Shown here one piece after another: positions 28,114 to 38,483 of a stretch of 55,916 nucleotides of DNA. Source of the DNA: Nitrobacter sp. 62-13 (GTDB lineage Bacteria; Pseudomonadota; Alphaproteobacteria; Rhizobiales; Xanthobacteraceae). Made by a program: the position numbers and the translations under genes. The stretch lies in NCBI RefSeq assembly GCF_001896955.1, contig NZ_MKRN01000176.1:8017-63932 (forward strand), in the 5' to 3' direction. Positions within the stretch are counted from its first letter, which is position 1. Each line of letters begins with the position of its first letter. A model generated the notes under the pieces. That model searched no databases and was not told the origin of the DNA. It saw only the letters and a list, made by a program, of their open reading frames with translations.

Positions 28114-28898
28114 TTCCCGAATTTCCGGATACCAAGGTCGCTCTGAAAGGCAAGAAGGGCCTGATCGTAGGTATCGCCAACGATCAATCGATCGCTTGGG
28201 GGTGCGCCAAGGCATTTCGTGCGCTCGGTGCCGAACTTGCCGTGACCTATCTGAACGAGCGTGCGAAAAAGCACGTCGAGCCGCTTGCACAAGCATTGCA
28301 GGCGTCGATCTTCATGCCGCTCGACGTCATGGTCGAGGGGCAGACGGAGCGGGTATTTGAACGGATCGCAGCGGACTGGGGGCAGCTGGATTTTCTGCTG
28401 CATTCGATCGCCTTCTCTCCAAAGGATGCCCTCCACGGACGAGTGACAGACGTAGATCGCGACGGCTTCCTTAAAACGATGGATGTCTCGTGCTGGTCAT
28501 TTATGCGAATGGCTCATTTGGCCGAACCATTGATGAAACGGGGCGGATCCATTTTCACCATGACCTACTACGGCAGCCAGATGGTGGTGGAGAACTATAA
28601 TGTGATGGGCGTGGCAAAGGCGGCGCTTGAAGCCGCCGTTCGCTACATCGCTGCGGAACTGGGCCCGAAAGGCATCCGCGTTCACGCAATCTCGCCAGGA
28701 CCACTCGCTACGCGCGCGGCTTCCGGCATTCCGGACTTCGACGAACTCATGGACAAGGCACAGTCAAAGGCTCCATCGCGCAGTCTCGTCAGTATCGACG
28801 ACGTCGGCAACGCAACTGCGTTTCTGGCTCTCGATGGCGCCAAGCTCATCACCGGGGGCGTCCTCTATATTGATGGCGGCTATCATATTATCGATTAG
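28110..28898 (+). CDS. fabI: Enoyl-ACP reductase with an apparent non-canonical ATA start
   Basis: [44 protein letters not shown]; ATA overlaps the ackA TAA. Confidence 0.85.
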   Translation: MIPEFPDTKVALKGKKGLIVGIANDQSIAWGCAKAFRALGAELAVTYLNERAKKHVEPLAQALQASIFMPLDVMVEGQTERVFERIAADWGQLDFLLHSIAFSPKDALHGRVTDVDRDGFLKTMDVSCWSFMRMAHLAEPLMKRGGSIFTMTYYGSQMVVENYNVMGVAKAALEAAVRYIAAELGPKGIRVHAISPGPLATRAASGIPDFDELMDKAQSKAPSRSLVSIDDVGNATAFLALDGAKLITGGVLYIDGGYHIID

Positions 28899-28997
28899 CA
28901 CGTTGGTGCTGCTTATATCAGTCGTCAGCGAACGTTGCGCTCGCGCTCATACATAGGCGAGTAGATGCTCGGCCACCTCGCCCCGACGCGTCCGGGT

Positions 28998-29681
28998 TCA
29001 GGTCTGCTGATCAAGATTAGCGAGCTGCCCTCGGTTCAAGAGAACGATCTGGCGCTGATTGCTGCCGACAAAGCCGATGATATCCAATTCATGCAGCCGC
29101 GATAATGCGCGAGACACCGTTTCCAGAGTCAGCCCCAGATAGTCGGCAATATCGCGCCGCGACATCGGCAGTGGTATGACGCCGGCCGCCGTGAGCCGTC
29201 GGTCCATCTCAATCAGGAAGGCGACGACCCGTTCCAGAGACGTCTTGCGACCGAGCAGCAACATGTGATTTTCCGCATGCTGCAGATTGTCCGTGGTCAT
29301 GCTGAGCAGATTTCGCGTGACCATGGCATCGCTCTCGGCCACCATCTCAAGGCTCTGCCGTTTGATCAAGCGAACCGTGGTGTTCTGGATCGCTTCTGCC
29401 GTAAACCGATGCTCGCTTCCGTTTTCCAGGCCAAAAATGTCGCCCACGAGGTGGAATGCGCCGATCTGGCGACGACCGTCTGAAAGCAACTTGTAGCTTC
29501 GCACCGCGCCCGCCTTGACTTGATAAACATAGTCAGCAGGCTCATTTTCTCCGTATATTTCAGTACCCTTCTTATAGGTGAATTCGTTTAATCGAATTTT
29601 TCGATTTGAATTATTAGTTATTCCGAGTTCGCCGAGAGAGGTGGCGCGATATGCCAAATCGGTGGTAACGCGGACAAACAT
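28998..29681 (-). CDS. CRP/FNR-family FixK-like regulator
   Basis: cNMP-like domain plus PMSRRDIADYLGLTLETVSR recognition helix; no N-terminal Cys cluster; AGGAG RBS. Confidence 0.9.
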   Translation of the reverse strand: MFVRVTTDLAYRATSLGELGITNNSNRKIRLNEFTYKKGTEIYGENEPADYVYQVKAGAVRSYKLLSDGRRQIGAFHLVGDIFGLENGSEHRFTAEAIQNTTVRLIKRQSLEMVAESDAMVTRNLLSMTTDNLQHAENHMLLLGRKTSLERVVAFLIEMDRRLTAAGVIPLPMSRRDIADYLGLTLETVSRALSRLHELDIIGFVGSNQRQIVLLNRGQLANLDQQT

Positions 29682-29985
29682 GGCCAACTCCTGTACAGTA
29701 TCGATTGTTGGATATGGTCTGCCTCAATGAAGTATGTCCGTGGAAGGAAGCCTTTGAAGCTTCCGCTAAGACACGTTTTTTGACCATTGTCTTTAGGGTC
29801 ATTGTACCAAGGGACAGGTTTGTATTAGAGTGTCAGAAAGTACAGGGTCCAGCTTCGGATGCCTTTGTTTGAACGGTATCGGTCGCCGCGTGAGGATCAG
29901 CCCGTGGGGAGGCCAGGGATTTGGCCAGTGCCCCTCGGTGACCCTGGGACGAGATATAAGCTAGAGTGACGGCTGGGAGGCGGAC

Positions 29986-30618
29986 TTGCCTGGCCTTGTC
30001 TATATTGTCGACGACGATGCTTCGTTTCGGACAGCGGTCGAACGTCGTCTGAAGCTGGCTGGTTATGAAGTCGAGAAGCATTCGTCGGCCCAGGCATTGC
30101 TGGACAGTCTGCGGGGCCCCGAAAGGCCGGGATGCGTTCTGCTCGACATACGAATGCCCGGACTGACGGGGCTGGAATTACAAAGCCGTCTCATCGAGCT
30201 CCAGTCGATCCTACCGATCATCTTCGTTACTGGCCATGCTGACACCCCGACGATCGTGCGAGCTATCAGGGCAGGTGCCGAAGATTTTCTGATCAAGCCA
30301 GTATTATCAGAGCAACTGATCGACGCGATCGAACGCGCCCTGGCACGCCACGAGTTAATCAGCATCCAACGAAGCAAGCTCCATACCAAACTTGCGCTTC
30401 TTGAGACATTGACGCCTCGCGAGCGACAGGTCTTCGATTTGATCGTGCGCGGCAAGATTAACAAGCAAGTTGGCAGGGAGCTAGGAACAACGGAGCGGAC
30501 CGTGAAAGCACATCGCCACGAGGTTATGGAGAAGATGCGGGTGCATTCGCTTGCAGAACTGGTTTCGATCGCGGAGCGACTTGGCCTGATCAATTCCAAC
30601 GAAAATTCAGGCAGCTAG
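29986..30618 (+). CDS. FixJ/NodW-family response regulator
   Basis: VDDD, LLDIRMPG, FVTGH, LIKP; LuxR HTH LTPRERQV..NKQVG..TVKAHR. Confidence 0.9.
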   Translation: MPGLVYIVDDDASFRTAVERRLKLAGYEVEKHSSAQALLDSLRGPERPGCVLLDIRMPGLTGLELQSRLIELQSILPIIFVTGHADTPTIVRAIRAGAEDFLIKPVLSEQLIDAIERALARHELISIQRSKLHTKLALLETLTPRERQVFDLIVRGKINKQVGRELGTTERTVKAHRHEVMEKMRVHSLAELVSIAERLGLINSNENSGS

Positions 30619-30717
30619 TCTTTGTGTTCCCCGCAATTTTCTCCGCGGTATCATGGACGAAGGACAATATGGATATTGATAGGCTAGGCGTCTAAATGGA
30701 TGCGCAGTAGGCGATGG

Positions 30718-30861
30718 TGACGTGCTCCCCAATTTCCTGCCGGTCAATAAGGTAGGCCCGGCTTCAATTTGGCCCTTTTGCAGGGGCCGGTTTGCGAACA
30801 CCGACGGTGGCAGGCCGCCGAGGCTCGAATGGGGTTTGACGATGTTGTAGTCGATCCGCCA
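30718..30861 (-). mobile_element. IS3-family remnant (integrase C-terminus and terminal inverted repeat)
   Basis: WRIDYNIVKPHSSLGGLPP; end sequence TGACGTGCTCCCC at 30718. Confidence 0.8.
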
Positions 30862-31136
30862 GTAATGCGGCAACGATAGTGACGCGAAACGCTCGGCCGC
30901 AATCGAGTCGGGATGTTCCGCATATCTAACAAAGCCGTTTCCAGCAAGATCGCTAATTGAGCCGGTCGAGAAGTTCATCGAGCGTCACTCCAGCGCGACC
31001 GGTCGGTCCGTTTGTGAAGTCCTGTTCGAACGTCTGCGTTGCGCTCTCGTGGAGAGAGCGAACCCGATCGCGTGCAGCGAAATCGCAGAGCCCATTTTTC
31101 TTGATCATCTTCGGTCCTTAGAAATTCGTCGATGGT

Positions 31137-31150
31137 TTGATCTAGATCAA
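31137..31150. promoter_or_regulatory. FixK/FNR box
   Basis: Perfect palindrome TTGATCTAGATCAA. Confidence 0.9.
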
Positions 31151-31242
31151 TCCGCGTCCGGCGCGACGCGCCGCCTATGCTATCAGGATCTGTGAATCTT
31201 GCCGGTCGTCTTGCTTCTCTGCGACATACGTTAGGAACGTCT

Positions 31243-32973
31243 ATGAAGCTGTACGCGCTTCAGGGAGTGAGTTGGACAGGGATTTTTCCGCCGCTGACGT
31301 GGCTTGCCGGATATAAACCGTCTTGGTTTCATCGTGATGCGATCGCGGGGGTGACGCTCGCCGCCTACGCCATCCCGGTGTCGCTGGCCTATGCGGGCCT
31401 TGCCGGATTGCCGCCGCAAGTCGGCATCTATGGTTATCTTCTTGGCGGCTTGGGCTATGCTCTTATCGGATCGTCTCGCCAGCTTGCTGTCGGTCCTACC
31501 TCCGCAATATCGCTCATGATCGCTGGCAACCTCGGGGCATTGGCAGGAGGAGACGCCGTACGATTCGCACAGATTGCGAGTCTTTCGGCATTCGCTGTGG
31601 CGCTGCTTTGCCTGGTCGCCTGGGTCTTCAGGCTGAGCATTATTGTGCGCTTGGTTAGCGACAGCATTCTCGTCGGCTTCAAGGCGGGCGCTGGACTTAC
31701 AATCATCATGAGTCAGTTGCCGAGCCTGTTCGGCGTGGCTAGTGGCGGCCATAACTTCCTTGACCGCGCAATTCGACTCGCGGGTCAGATCGGCAACATC
31801 AATCCACTTGTATTGGGCATAGGAATTGTGGCGATCGCGCTCCTTTCCCTCGGCGAACGCTTCCTGACAGGCAGACCTGTCGGACTCATGGTGCTGGCAT
31901 TGTCGATTCTCGTGGCAACGTTGTTCGGATTTTCAGCGCTGGGTGTGCCCGTCACCGGAAAGATACCAGAAGGATTGCCTGCCTTCGAGGTGCCGACTTT
32001 CGGAATGCTGGATTTCGAAGAGCTATTTCCAATAGCAGCCGGATGTCTGTTGCTGGCGTATATAGAAGGCGTTTCTGCGGCGCGGAGTTTTGCAGCAAAA
32101 CATGGATATAGCATCGATGTCCGTCAAGAATTCTTGGCGCTGGGGGTTGCCAACCTCGCAGTTGCATTCGGCCATGGCTATCCCGTCGCGGGCGGGTTGT
32201 CGCAGTCCGCCGTCAATGACACGGCGGGGGCGCGCACGCCCCTGGCATTGGTGTTTTGCTCACTTACCCTCGCGCTCTGCCTGCTGTTCTTTACTGAGTT
32301 GCTAACCAACCTGCCGCGGGCCGTGTTGGCTGGAGTTGTCATTGCCGCAGTTTACAAACTTGTTGATATTCGCGCGCTAGTCCGTATGTGGAAAGTAAGC
32401 CGCATCGACTTCCATGCCGCGGCTATCGCCCTCGTATCGGTGTTGTTGCTTGGGATTCTCCAGGGTATTTTGCTTGCTGCCCTTGCATCCATCCTCCTGC
32501 TTCTTATCCGAGCGTCGCGGCCCAATATAGCGTTTCTTGGACGGCTTCCTGGCTCGGGTCGCTATTCCGACAGCCTCCGGCATGAGGGCGTGAAACCGTT
32601 GGTTGGCGTTATTGCGTTCCGTCCTGAAGCCTCGTTGCTCTACATCAACGCCGAGACGATTCTTGAGACAGTTTTGGCAACGCTGCGAAAATCGTCTGAC
32701 GTGAAGCTAGTTGCCTGCGATCTTTCGGCGTCGCCCTACATCGATTTGGCGGGGGCCCGGATGCTGATCGATCTCCATGATGAACTCATGTCGCGTAATA
32801 TAGCGTTCTGCATCGTCGGCGCTCACGCGCAGTTGCGTGAATTGCTAAAGGCGGAAGGGCTGGCGGAGAAGACGGACAGCAGGGAATGGCTCCGCACGCT
32901 TGACGCTGTGCTGGCCGATGACAATGCCGGCGAACGACCCGACCTCCAGAGCGAACGGACGCCTCAACAGTGA
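31243..32973 (+). CDS. SulP family anion permease with STAS domain
   Basis: DAIAGVTLAAYAIP..AYA.LAGLPP..GPT motif; C-terminal STAS; start chosen from RBS and box position. Confidence 0.9.
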   Translation: MKLYALQGVSWTGIFPPLTWLAGYKPSWFHRDAIAGVTLAAYAIPVSLAYAGLAGLPPQVGIYGYLLGGLGYALIGSSRQLAVGPTSAISLMIAGNLGALAGGDAVRFAQIASLSAFAVALLCLVAWVFRLSIIVRLVSDSILVGFKAGAGLTIIMSQLPSLFGVASGGHNFLDRAIRLAGQIGNINPLVLGIGIVAIALLSLGERFLTGRPVGLMVLALSILVATLFGFSALGVPVTGKIPEGLPAFEVPTFGMLDFEELFPIAAGCLLLAYIEGVSAARSFAAKHGYSIDVRQEFLALGVANLAVAFGHGYPVAGGLSQSAVNDTAGARTPLALVFCSLTLALCLLFFTELLTNLPRAVLAGVVIAAVYKLVDIRALVRMWKVSRIDFHAAAIALVSVLLLGILQGILLAALASILLLLIRASRPNIAFLGRLPGSGRYSDSLRHEGVKPLVGVIAFRPEASLLYINAETILETVLATLRKSSDVKLVACDLSASPYIDLAGARMLIDLHDELMSRNIAFCIVGAHAQLRELLKAEGLAEKTDSREWLRTLDAVLADDNAGERPDLQSERTPQQ

Positions 32974-33090
32974 ACTATTCCCGAGATGCCCTGCAGATCA
33001 GGGGATTCCGACCGGACGTGTCTGACATCAGCTTACATGTGCAGTGCGACCTTCGCTGCAGCTCGGGGCGTTATGTCGGGGAGAGCGACG

Positions 33091-33104
33091 TTGACTTGGA
33101 TCAA
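33091..33104. promoter_or_regulatory. FixK/FNR box
   Basis: TTGACTTGGATCAA. Confidence 0.8.
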
Positions 33105-33244
33105 GGTGGCCGAAAAGCAAAAGGAAAATGTCCACCAATACTCTAGTACGCACAACAAGCGCCTATCAGTTTTCTTTCCGTTCAGTCGAAGCTGCTGGTT
33201 TATCGAAGCGTTGAGTCATCAGAGGAAAATAGGAAAAGGACATC

Positions 33245-33679
33245 ATGAAAAGGTTTAGCATAAGCGTCGCCCTGGTAGCCCTGCTCGTGGGCGCAGTCGT
33301 CAACAGTACGCCAGCACGAGCTGAGATAGGTCGCGTCGCAGTGATCTTCACTAAAGGCGGGTTCGTCGTAGGAGTCGGTGGCGGCGAGGGCGTGTTGACG
33401 CTCCGGGGCCACCATTATCCATTCACTGTATCGGGGATGAGCGTCGGCTTCACGATCGGAGCCTCGACCTCCAAACTAGTTGGACGAGCTATCAATCTGA
33501 AGGGACCGACCTCTATTGAAGGCAGGTACACCGCTGTCGGAGCCGGAGGAGCCTTTGCGGCCGGGGCAGGTGGAGTTCAATTGCAGAATGCCAATGGCGT
33601 GATCCTGCAATTGAGTGGTCCGAAGGTAGGCGCCGAAATGTCGGTCGCTGTCAGCGGGGTCTCGATACGCCTGAAATAG
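33245..33679 (+). CDS. Secreted Gly-rich beta-strand hypothetical protein
   Basis: Signal peptide; GGFVVGVGGGEGVL..YPF.VSGMSVG; LQNANGV. Confidence 0.8.
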   Translation: MKRFSISVALVALLVGAVVNSTPARAEIGRVAVIFTKGGFVVGVGGGEGVLTLRGHHYPFTVSGMSVGFTIGASTSKLVGRAINLKGPTSIEGRYTAVGAGGAFAAGAGGVQLQNANGVILQLSGPKVGAEMSVAVSGVSIRLK

Positions 33680-33719
33680 ATACGAACCAGATCGACCGCG
33701 CAGTGCGCGGCCGATCCAC

Positions 33720-34520
33720 TTAATAACGTTCAGCCACGAACGCCATCCCGCGCAGGCTGGTCTGGTCGTCAAAGTCTCCCTTGGCGGAACGTTTTGGCAG
33801 CTTGACCTTATTCTTATGGATACGTTTGTACGGAATCGACTGCAGCAGATGGGCGATGCAGTTCAGTCGTGCCCGGCGCTTGTCGTCGGATCGAATGATG
33901 TACCATGGCGATTGTTGCGTGCTGGTCGCCTTGAACATCAGATCCCGCGCTTCCGAATAGTCGTGCCATCGTCGATAGGATTCGGTATCCATTGGACTTA
34001 ATTTCCATTGCCGCAACGGATCATCAATTCTAGCCTTAAAGCGACGCTCCTGCTCGTCCATTCCGACCTCAAGCCAGAGTTTGATGAGGATGATGCCGCC
34101 TTCGATGATATATTTCTCGATTTCCGGACAGAGCGAAAGGAATCGCTTGTGCTCGGCGGGTGTGCAGAAGCCCATCACATATTCCACGCCGGCGCGGTTA
34201 TACCAACTCCGGTCGAATATCACGATTTCACCGGCAGCCGGGAAATATTGCATGTAACGTTGAAGGAATAACTGCGTTTTCTCGCGATCCGACGGAGCTG
34301 GCAAGGCGGCAACGCGAAACACGCGCGGACTGACCTTCTCCGTAATCGCCTTGATCGTGCCGCCCTTGCCAGCGGCGTCTCTGCCCTCGAACAGGATAAT
34401 AACTCGAATCTTGTTCGCCTTCACCCATTCCTGGAGATAGCAAAGCTCGACCTGGAGTTTTTCCAACTCTTTCTCATAGGCCTTGCGTTTCATCCGTGGC
34501 GCGTCTGCGTCGGCTGCCAT
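33720..34520 (-). CDS. ppk2: Polyphosphate kinase 2
   Basis: FEGRDAAGKGG, FDRSWYNR, WKLSPMD. Confidence 0.95.
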   Translation of the reverse strand: MAADADAPRMKRKAYEKELEKLQVELCYLQEWVKANKIRVIILFEGRDAAGKGGTIKAITEKVSPRVFRVAALPAPSDREKTQLFLQRYMQYFPAAGEIVIFDRSWYNRAGVEYVMGFCTPAEHKRFLSLCPEIEKYIIEGGIILIKLWLEVGMDEQERRFKARIDDPLRQWKLSPMDTESYRRWHDYSEARDLMFKATSTQQSPWYIIRSDDKRRARLNCIAHLLQSIPYKRIHKNKVKLPKRSAKGDFDDQTSLRGMAFVAERY

Positions 34521-34562
34521 TCGTAATTTCCGCTGCTTCAGATTAAACTCTACGGACTGTCC

Positions 34563-35018
34563 TCAGTCTCCCCAGGAAATAGTGATGCCGATATCGCCCG
34601 GAATGCCTCCGGGGTAGTCGATAATCTGGTAGCCGATGCGATAACCCCGCGGTTTCAGGTATTCGCGCCAAAGCTCGAAGATTTCCTTCGGAATCCCCAT
34701 CAATGTATTTTCCCAACCGGCTTCCTGCTGATTGATGGCACGGCCATTATCTGTGCACAGCGAGTTGGGAAACCGATATACTTGCACTTCGGTTAATCCG
34801 TTTCGTACTGCTCGCTGAATAATCGTCGAGGCGAGTTGGATTTTCTCTTCCTCGGATTTGCCTGACGGACGACTGAGCCGTTCGATCAGCGCTTGTTTCT
34901 CGGCTTCTGCGGCCGCTGCCAGGCGGGCATACTGATCCGCCTTTTCGGTCTCCTTAAGGGCCGCTTCTTTCCGAATCTGCTTCGCACTGGGAATGAGGTC
35001 ATCGATGCTGCCTGGCAT
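34563..35018 (-). CDS. Conserved hypothetical protein upstream of ppk2
   Basis: FPNSLCTDNGRAINQ..WENTL.G.P..DYPGGIPGDIG..SW; GGAG RBS. Confidence 0.75.
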   Translation of the reverse strand: MPGSIDDLIPSAKQIRKEAALKETEKADQYARLAAAAEAEKQALIERLSRPSGKSEEEKIQLASTIIQRAVRNGLTEVQVYRFPNSLCTDNGRAINQQEAGWENTLMGIPKEIFELWREYLKPRGYRIGYQIIDYPGGIPGDIGITISWGD

Positions 35019-35094
35019 GACGAGGAACTCCTAATCTAATGGTCTTGGTCTGCTCCACATCTCCACAAAACTATGTCGGGTCGACCTCGTTGCC

Positions 35095-35108
35095 TTGATC
35101 TAAGTCAA
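35095..35108. promoter_or_regulatory. FixK/FNR box
   Basis: TTGATCTAAGTCAA upstream of the hypothetical-ppk2 pair. Confidence 0.8.
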
Positions 35109-35741
35109 ACGATTCGCATCGGCCGGACGTAACGTGCACGCCAAAGGTCTCACTGCGCCGGTCTCCAAGGGAGACGTGATGCTCAGGCTGGATAGATCGA
35201 AACAGGAGGCAGCGCTCGAAACGGCCAAGCGAAAGATTGCTGAAGTCGATGCTGCAATCGCACAGCGGTCGGGTTGAGCAGTTTGCTCTGCGCACAGGTG
35301 ATATCGTCAATCCGCTGATGCGATCCGCTGGGATACTCATCCCGGAAGGCGCCGGCCAGCGATCACTGCAGGCGGGGTTTGGGCAGATCGAAGCTCAAGT
35401 CTTGAAAGAAAGGATGGTAGCGGAGGCGACCAGCATCTCCAAGCCGTGGGTGATAATCCCAATGGTCGTCACCACGGTTCAGGACTACATCGCCGCCGGT
35501 CAATTTCGCGGCGGAGAGCAATTGGTTGAAGCGCAGAGTGTCGCGAGGCCCGGCACGATCCTCGTTCATCTCAAGCCCCCTTATAAGGGTGGTCTCGCAG
35601 GGGTGACGGCCGGAAAATTGTCCAGCATGTTAATGACGGGGTAGGATTGGTGCATGCGCTGCTGCTTCGGATTCAGGCGCTGCTTTTGCCAATCAAGACA
35701 TTGGCACTTAGCGATCACTGACTGCTTCAAGGAGGAAAGCC

Positions 35742-36161
35742 ATGAGTGCGCTTCGAAAGCTCGTCTTTGCAGCGGCAATTACCGCGAGCGCCGTGCTGCT
35801 GTCGCCGCAGAAGGTCAATGCGTTCGAGTTTTCCGGGGCGTGGGCTACGAGTGCGGAACAATGCAATAAAATATTTACTCGCAAAGGACGTGCACGCCAA
35901 ATCGGTTTTACGAATTTTTCAGGTGCTTACGGCGGTGGGTTCATAGTTGAAGCCAATCGCCTAAGAGGGAAATCCGCGAGCTGCCTGATCAAGTCGAAGA
36001 AGGAGAGCGATCAAAGCGTCAATCTCGTTGTCGCTTGCGACTCAGGGATCATGCTTTCAAAAGTTCAGTTCTTCCTGAAGGTGATCGATGCCGACACCAT
36101 CACCCGAGAATTCCCGGGTATGGAAGGAATAGATGCTCAATATCACCGATGTCGAATCTAG
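35742..36161 (+). CDS. Secreted hypothetical protein with 4 Cys
   Basis: AAGGAGG RBS, signal peptide, GAWATSAEQC..YHRC. Confidence 0.75.
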   Translation: MSALRKLVFAAAITASAVLLSPQKVNAFEFSGAWATSAEQCNKIFTRKGRARQIGFTNFSGAYGGGFIVEANRLRGKSASCLIKSKKESDQSVNLVVACDSGIMLSKVQFFLKVIDADTITREFPGMEGIDAQYHRCRI

Positions 36162-36469
36162 CTAATCATACCTTAGATCGGTGGAGTTTGAATTTAAGAA
36201 TGGAGCGTTCTCCGAGGCAAGGATTGGCCGGACCCTGATGCCAATAAGCTATGGCGGAGTCGCCTGGAGGGCGATGTGCTCGGCGGTTACCGCGGCCGTG
36301 AGTGCTCTCGGCGCGCGGACGCATATCATGGTTTCTCATGCGTTCGGATCGTGGATGCCTCCGGCCGGGTCGCGACGCGTTGTTGACAGTTGCGGCTTCG
36401 TTCGCTCAGGCTGTATGCCTGTACGAAAAAGTGCTACGATGCAGCCGTTCGGAGAGCCGGCGTACGAAG

Positions 36470-38362
36470 ATGAACGGACGCGTTCCGATGGTAGCGATGG
36501 ATCTCGTCATTCGTCTGTTCGTCTGCCTGCTGGTCTGGGCGATCATTCCGTCCGAGCTTGCGCGAGGCGCTCAAAGTCGCGAAATCAAGCGAGTATTAAT
36601 CCTGAATTCCTTCGGGCAGGATTTCAGACCCTGGGGGGCATACGCCAAAGCCATTCGCGAGAATCTGGAACGGTTGTCGCCATGGCAGATTGATCTTCGG
36701 GACCACTCGTTAGTTTCCGCACGTTCTGGCGGTGAAAAACCCGAACTTCCTTTTATTGATTACCTGACGGCGCTTTATTCCGAACACCCGCCGGATATCG
36801 TCATTGCCATCGGCGCCCCTGCCTCGAATTTCGTTCAGCATAACCGCCAACGTCTGTTCATTGGAATTCCCCTCATACTGTCGGCTGTCGAGCAGCGGCG
36901 TGTCCAGTTATCGAATTTGCCGGATAACGAAACCATTATTGCGGTTTCTCACGATTTTCACCTTTCTTTCGAGACGATCCTTCGTGTTCTTCCCGAAACG
37001 AAGCGAATTGTCGTTGTGAACGGAACATCGCCAAATGAGAAATTCTGGCTCGGGGAGCTCCGCAAGGATGCGGCCGCTTTCAACAAGAAGGTCGAATTCA
37101 TTTGGACCGACGATATTCCGTTTCAGCAGTTTTTGGAAAAAAGTGAAACGTTGCCGGCGAACACAGCCATCTTCTGGCATCTTATGAACGTCGATGCGGC
37201 AGGGATTTCTTACGAGGGGAATAATGCGCTTCGGCAACTCCACGAAGTGTCCAATGCTCCGATTTTTTCTTACGACGATGGCTTTTTTGGCAACGATATC
37301 GTTGGCGGGCCAATGTATTCCGTTCTCGAAATTAGCAGGCTTACGGCTGCCGTGGCGGTTCGAATCCTGAACGGAGAAAGGCCTCGCGATATAAGGCCTG
37401 CTGCAATCAAATATGCCGGTCCAAAGTTCGATTGGCGGGAGATGCAGCGCTGGGGTATCAGGGAGAGCAACTTGCCTCCGGGAAGCAAGATCCTGTTTCG
37501 TGAGCCAGGTATCTGGGAAAAGTACAGTGTATCGCTTTCGCTGATTACGATCGTAATCCTGATTCAAGGGGGGTTAATCAGCGGACTGCTCCGCGAACGG
37601 CATCGTCGCCGTCTTGCTGAAGTTGAATCGCGGAAGCGTCTGGTCGAGCTTGCACATCTTAACCGACATTCGACCGTCGGTGAACTGACCGCTTCGATCA
37701 CGCACGAATTAAACCAGCCGCTAGGCTCAATTCTTACCAACGCGGAAACGGCAGAGCTCATGCTGACTAGCTCTTCACCGGATCTGGGTCAATTGAGGGA
37801 AATTATCGCCGACATCAGGCGCGACGATCAGCGCGCCAGCGAAGTTATACGTCGGCTACGCAGCGTCTTGAGGAAAACACCCTTTGAGATGAAGTGTATC
37901 GATCTGAACGAAACGGTACGGCAGGTGATCGGATTTATCACAGCCATGTCTCGGGCACGGAACATTATATTGAGATGCGTCACGACATCGGTCGATCTGA
38001 CGGTCAAGGGCGATGCCGTTCAATTGCAACAAGTTGTTCTGAATTTGATTGTCAATGCGGTGGAAGCAATATCGGAAGCGGACTCAAGTGAGCGTGAAGT
38101 TAGCGTAACCACGAACCTTTCGGACGACATCGCAGAAATTAGCATCAGCGACACCGGCCCTGGCATAGCCGCCGGTGATCTCAAGAGCGTCTTCAATCCA
38201 TTTTTCACGACAAAACCACAGGGCGTGGGTATGGGACTCGCGATTGTCCGAACTATTGTGGAGGCGCATCAGGGGCATGTTTCCGCGGCGAACTTATCGT
38301 CCGGCGGCGCACTTTTCGTAATCAGGCTTCCGTCTGCGCGCGGTCGATCAATTTTGACCTGA
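36470..38362 (+). CDS. Sensor histidine kinase with a periplasmic ABC-type substrate-binding-like domain
   Basis: Two TMs; H-box ITHELNQPL, N-box LNLIVNA, DTGPG, FFTTK, GMGL; start uncertain. Confidence 0.9.
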   Translation: MNGRVPMVAMDLVIRLFVCLLVWAIIPSELARGAQSREIKRVLILNSFGQDFRPWGAYAKAIRENLERLSPWQIDLRDHSLVSARSGGEKPELPFIDYLTALYSEHPPDIVIAIGAPASNFVQHNRQRLFIGIPLILSAVEQRRVQLSNLPDNETIIAVSHDFHLSFETILRVLPETKRIVVVNGTSPNEKFWLGELRKDAAAFNKKVEFIWTDDIPFQQFLEKSETLPANTAIFWHLMNVDAAGISYEGNNALRQLHEVSNAPIFSYDDGFFGNDIVGGPMYSVLEISRLTAAVAVRILNGERPRDIRPAAIKYAGPKFDWREMQRWGIRESNLPPGSKILFREPGIWEKYSVSLSLITIVILIQGGLISGLLRERHRRRLAEVESRKRLVELAHLNRHSTVGELTASITHELNQPLGSILTNAETAELMLTSSSPDLGQLREIIADIRRDDQRASEVIRRLRSVLRKTPFEMKCIDLNETVRQVIGFITAMSRARNIILRCVTTSVDLTVKGDAVQLQQVVLNLIVNAVEAISEADSSEREVSVTTNLSDDIAEISISDTGPGIAAGDLKSVFNPFFTTKPQGVGMGLAIVRTIVEAHQGHVSAANLSSGGALFVIRLPSARGRSILT

Positions 38363-38415
38363 TGACTCCGGTCACGCTGGCACTGCAGTGCAGCAACACG
38401 ACGCCGTTCGTTTCA

Positions 38416-38429
38416 TTGATCTTTATCAA
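38416..38429. promoter_or_regulatory. FixK/FNR box
   Basis: TTGATCTTTATCAA. Confidence 0.85.
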
Positions 38430-38483
38430 AGCACGAGCCCGGCCTGGATCCATCGTGTAACGATGCACTTGAGGAGAGCCGAG

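Noticed and set aside
28998-29681. Calling the regulator fixK2 or fnrN
   Set aside because: No Fe-S cysteines (not FnrN); orthology to FixK2 versus other paralogs needs a phylogeny
29700-29830. FixJ-binding site upstream of the FixK-like gene
   Set aside because: AT-rich and plausible, but I cannot match a defined consensus by eye
35110-35700. ORFs 35237-35644(+) and 35363-35569(-)
   Set aside because: No motifs, conflicting overlaps, no convincing start signals
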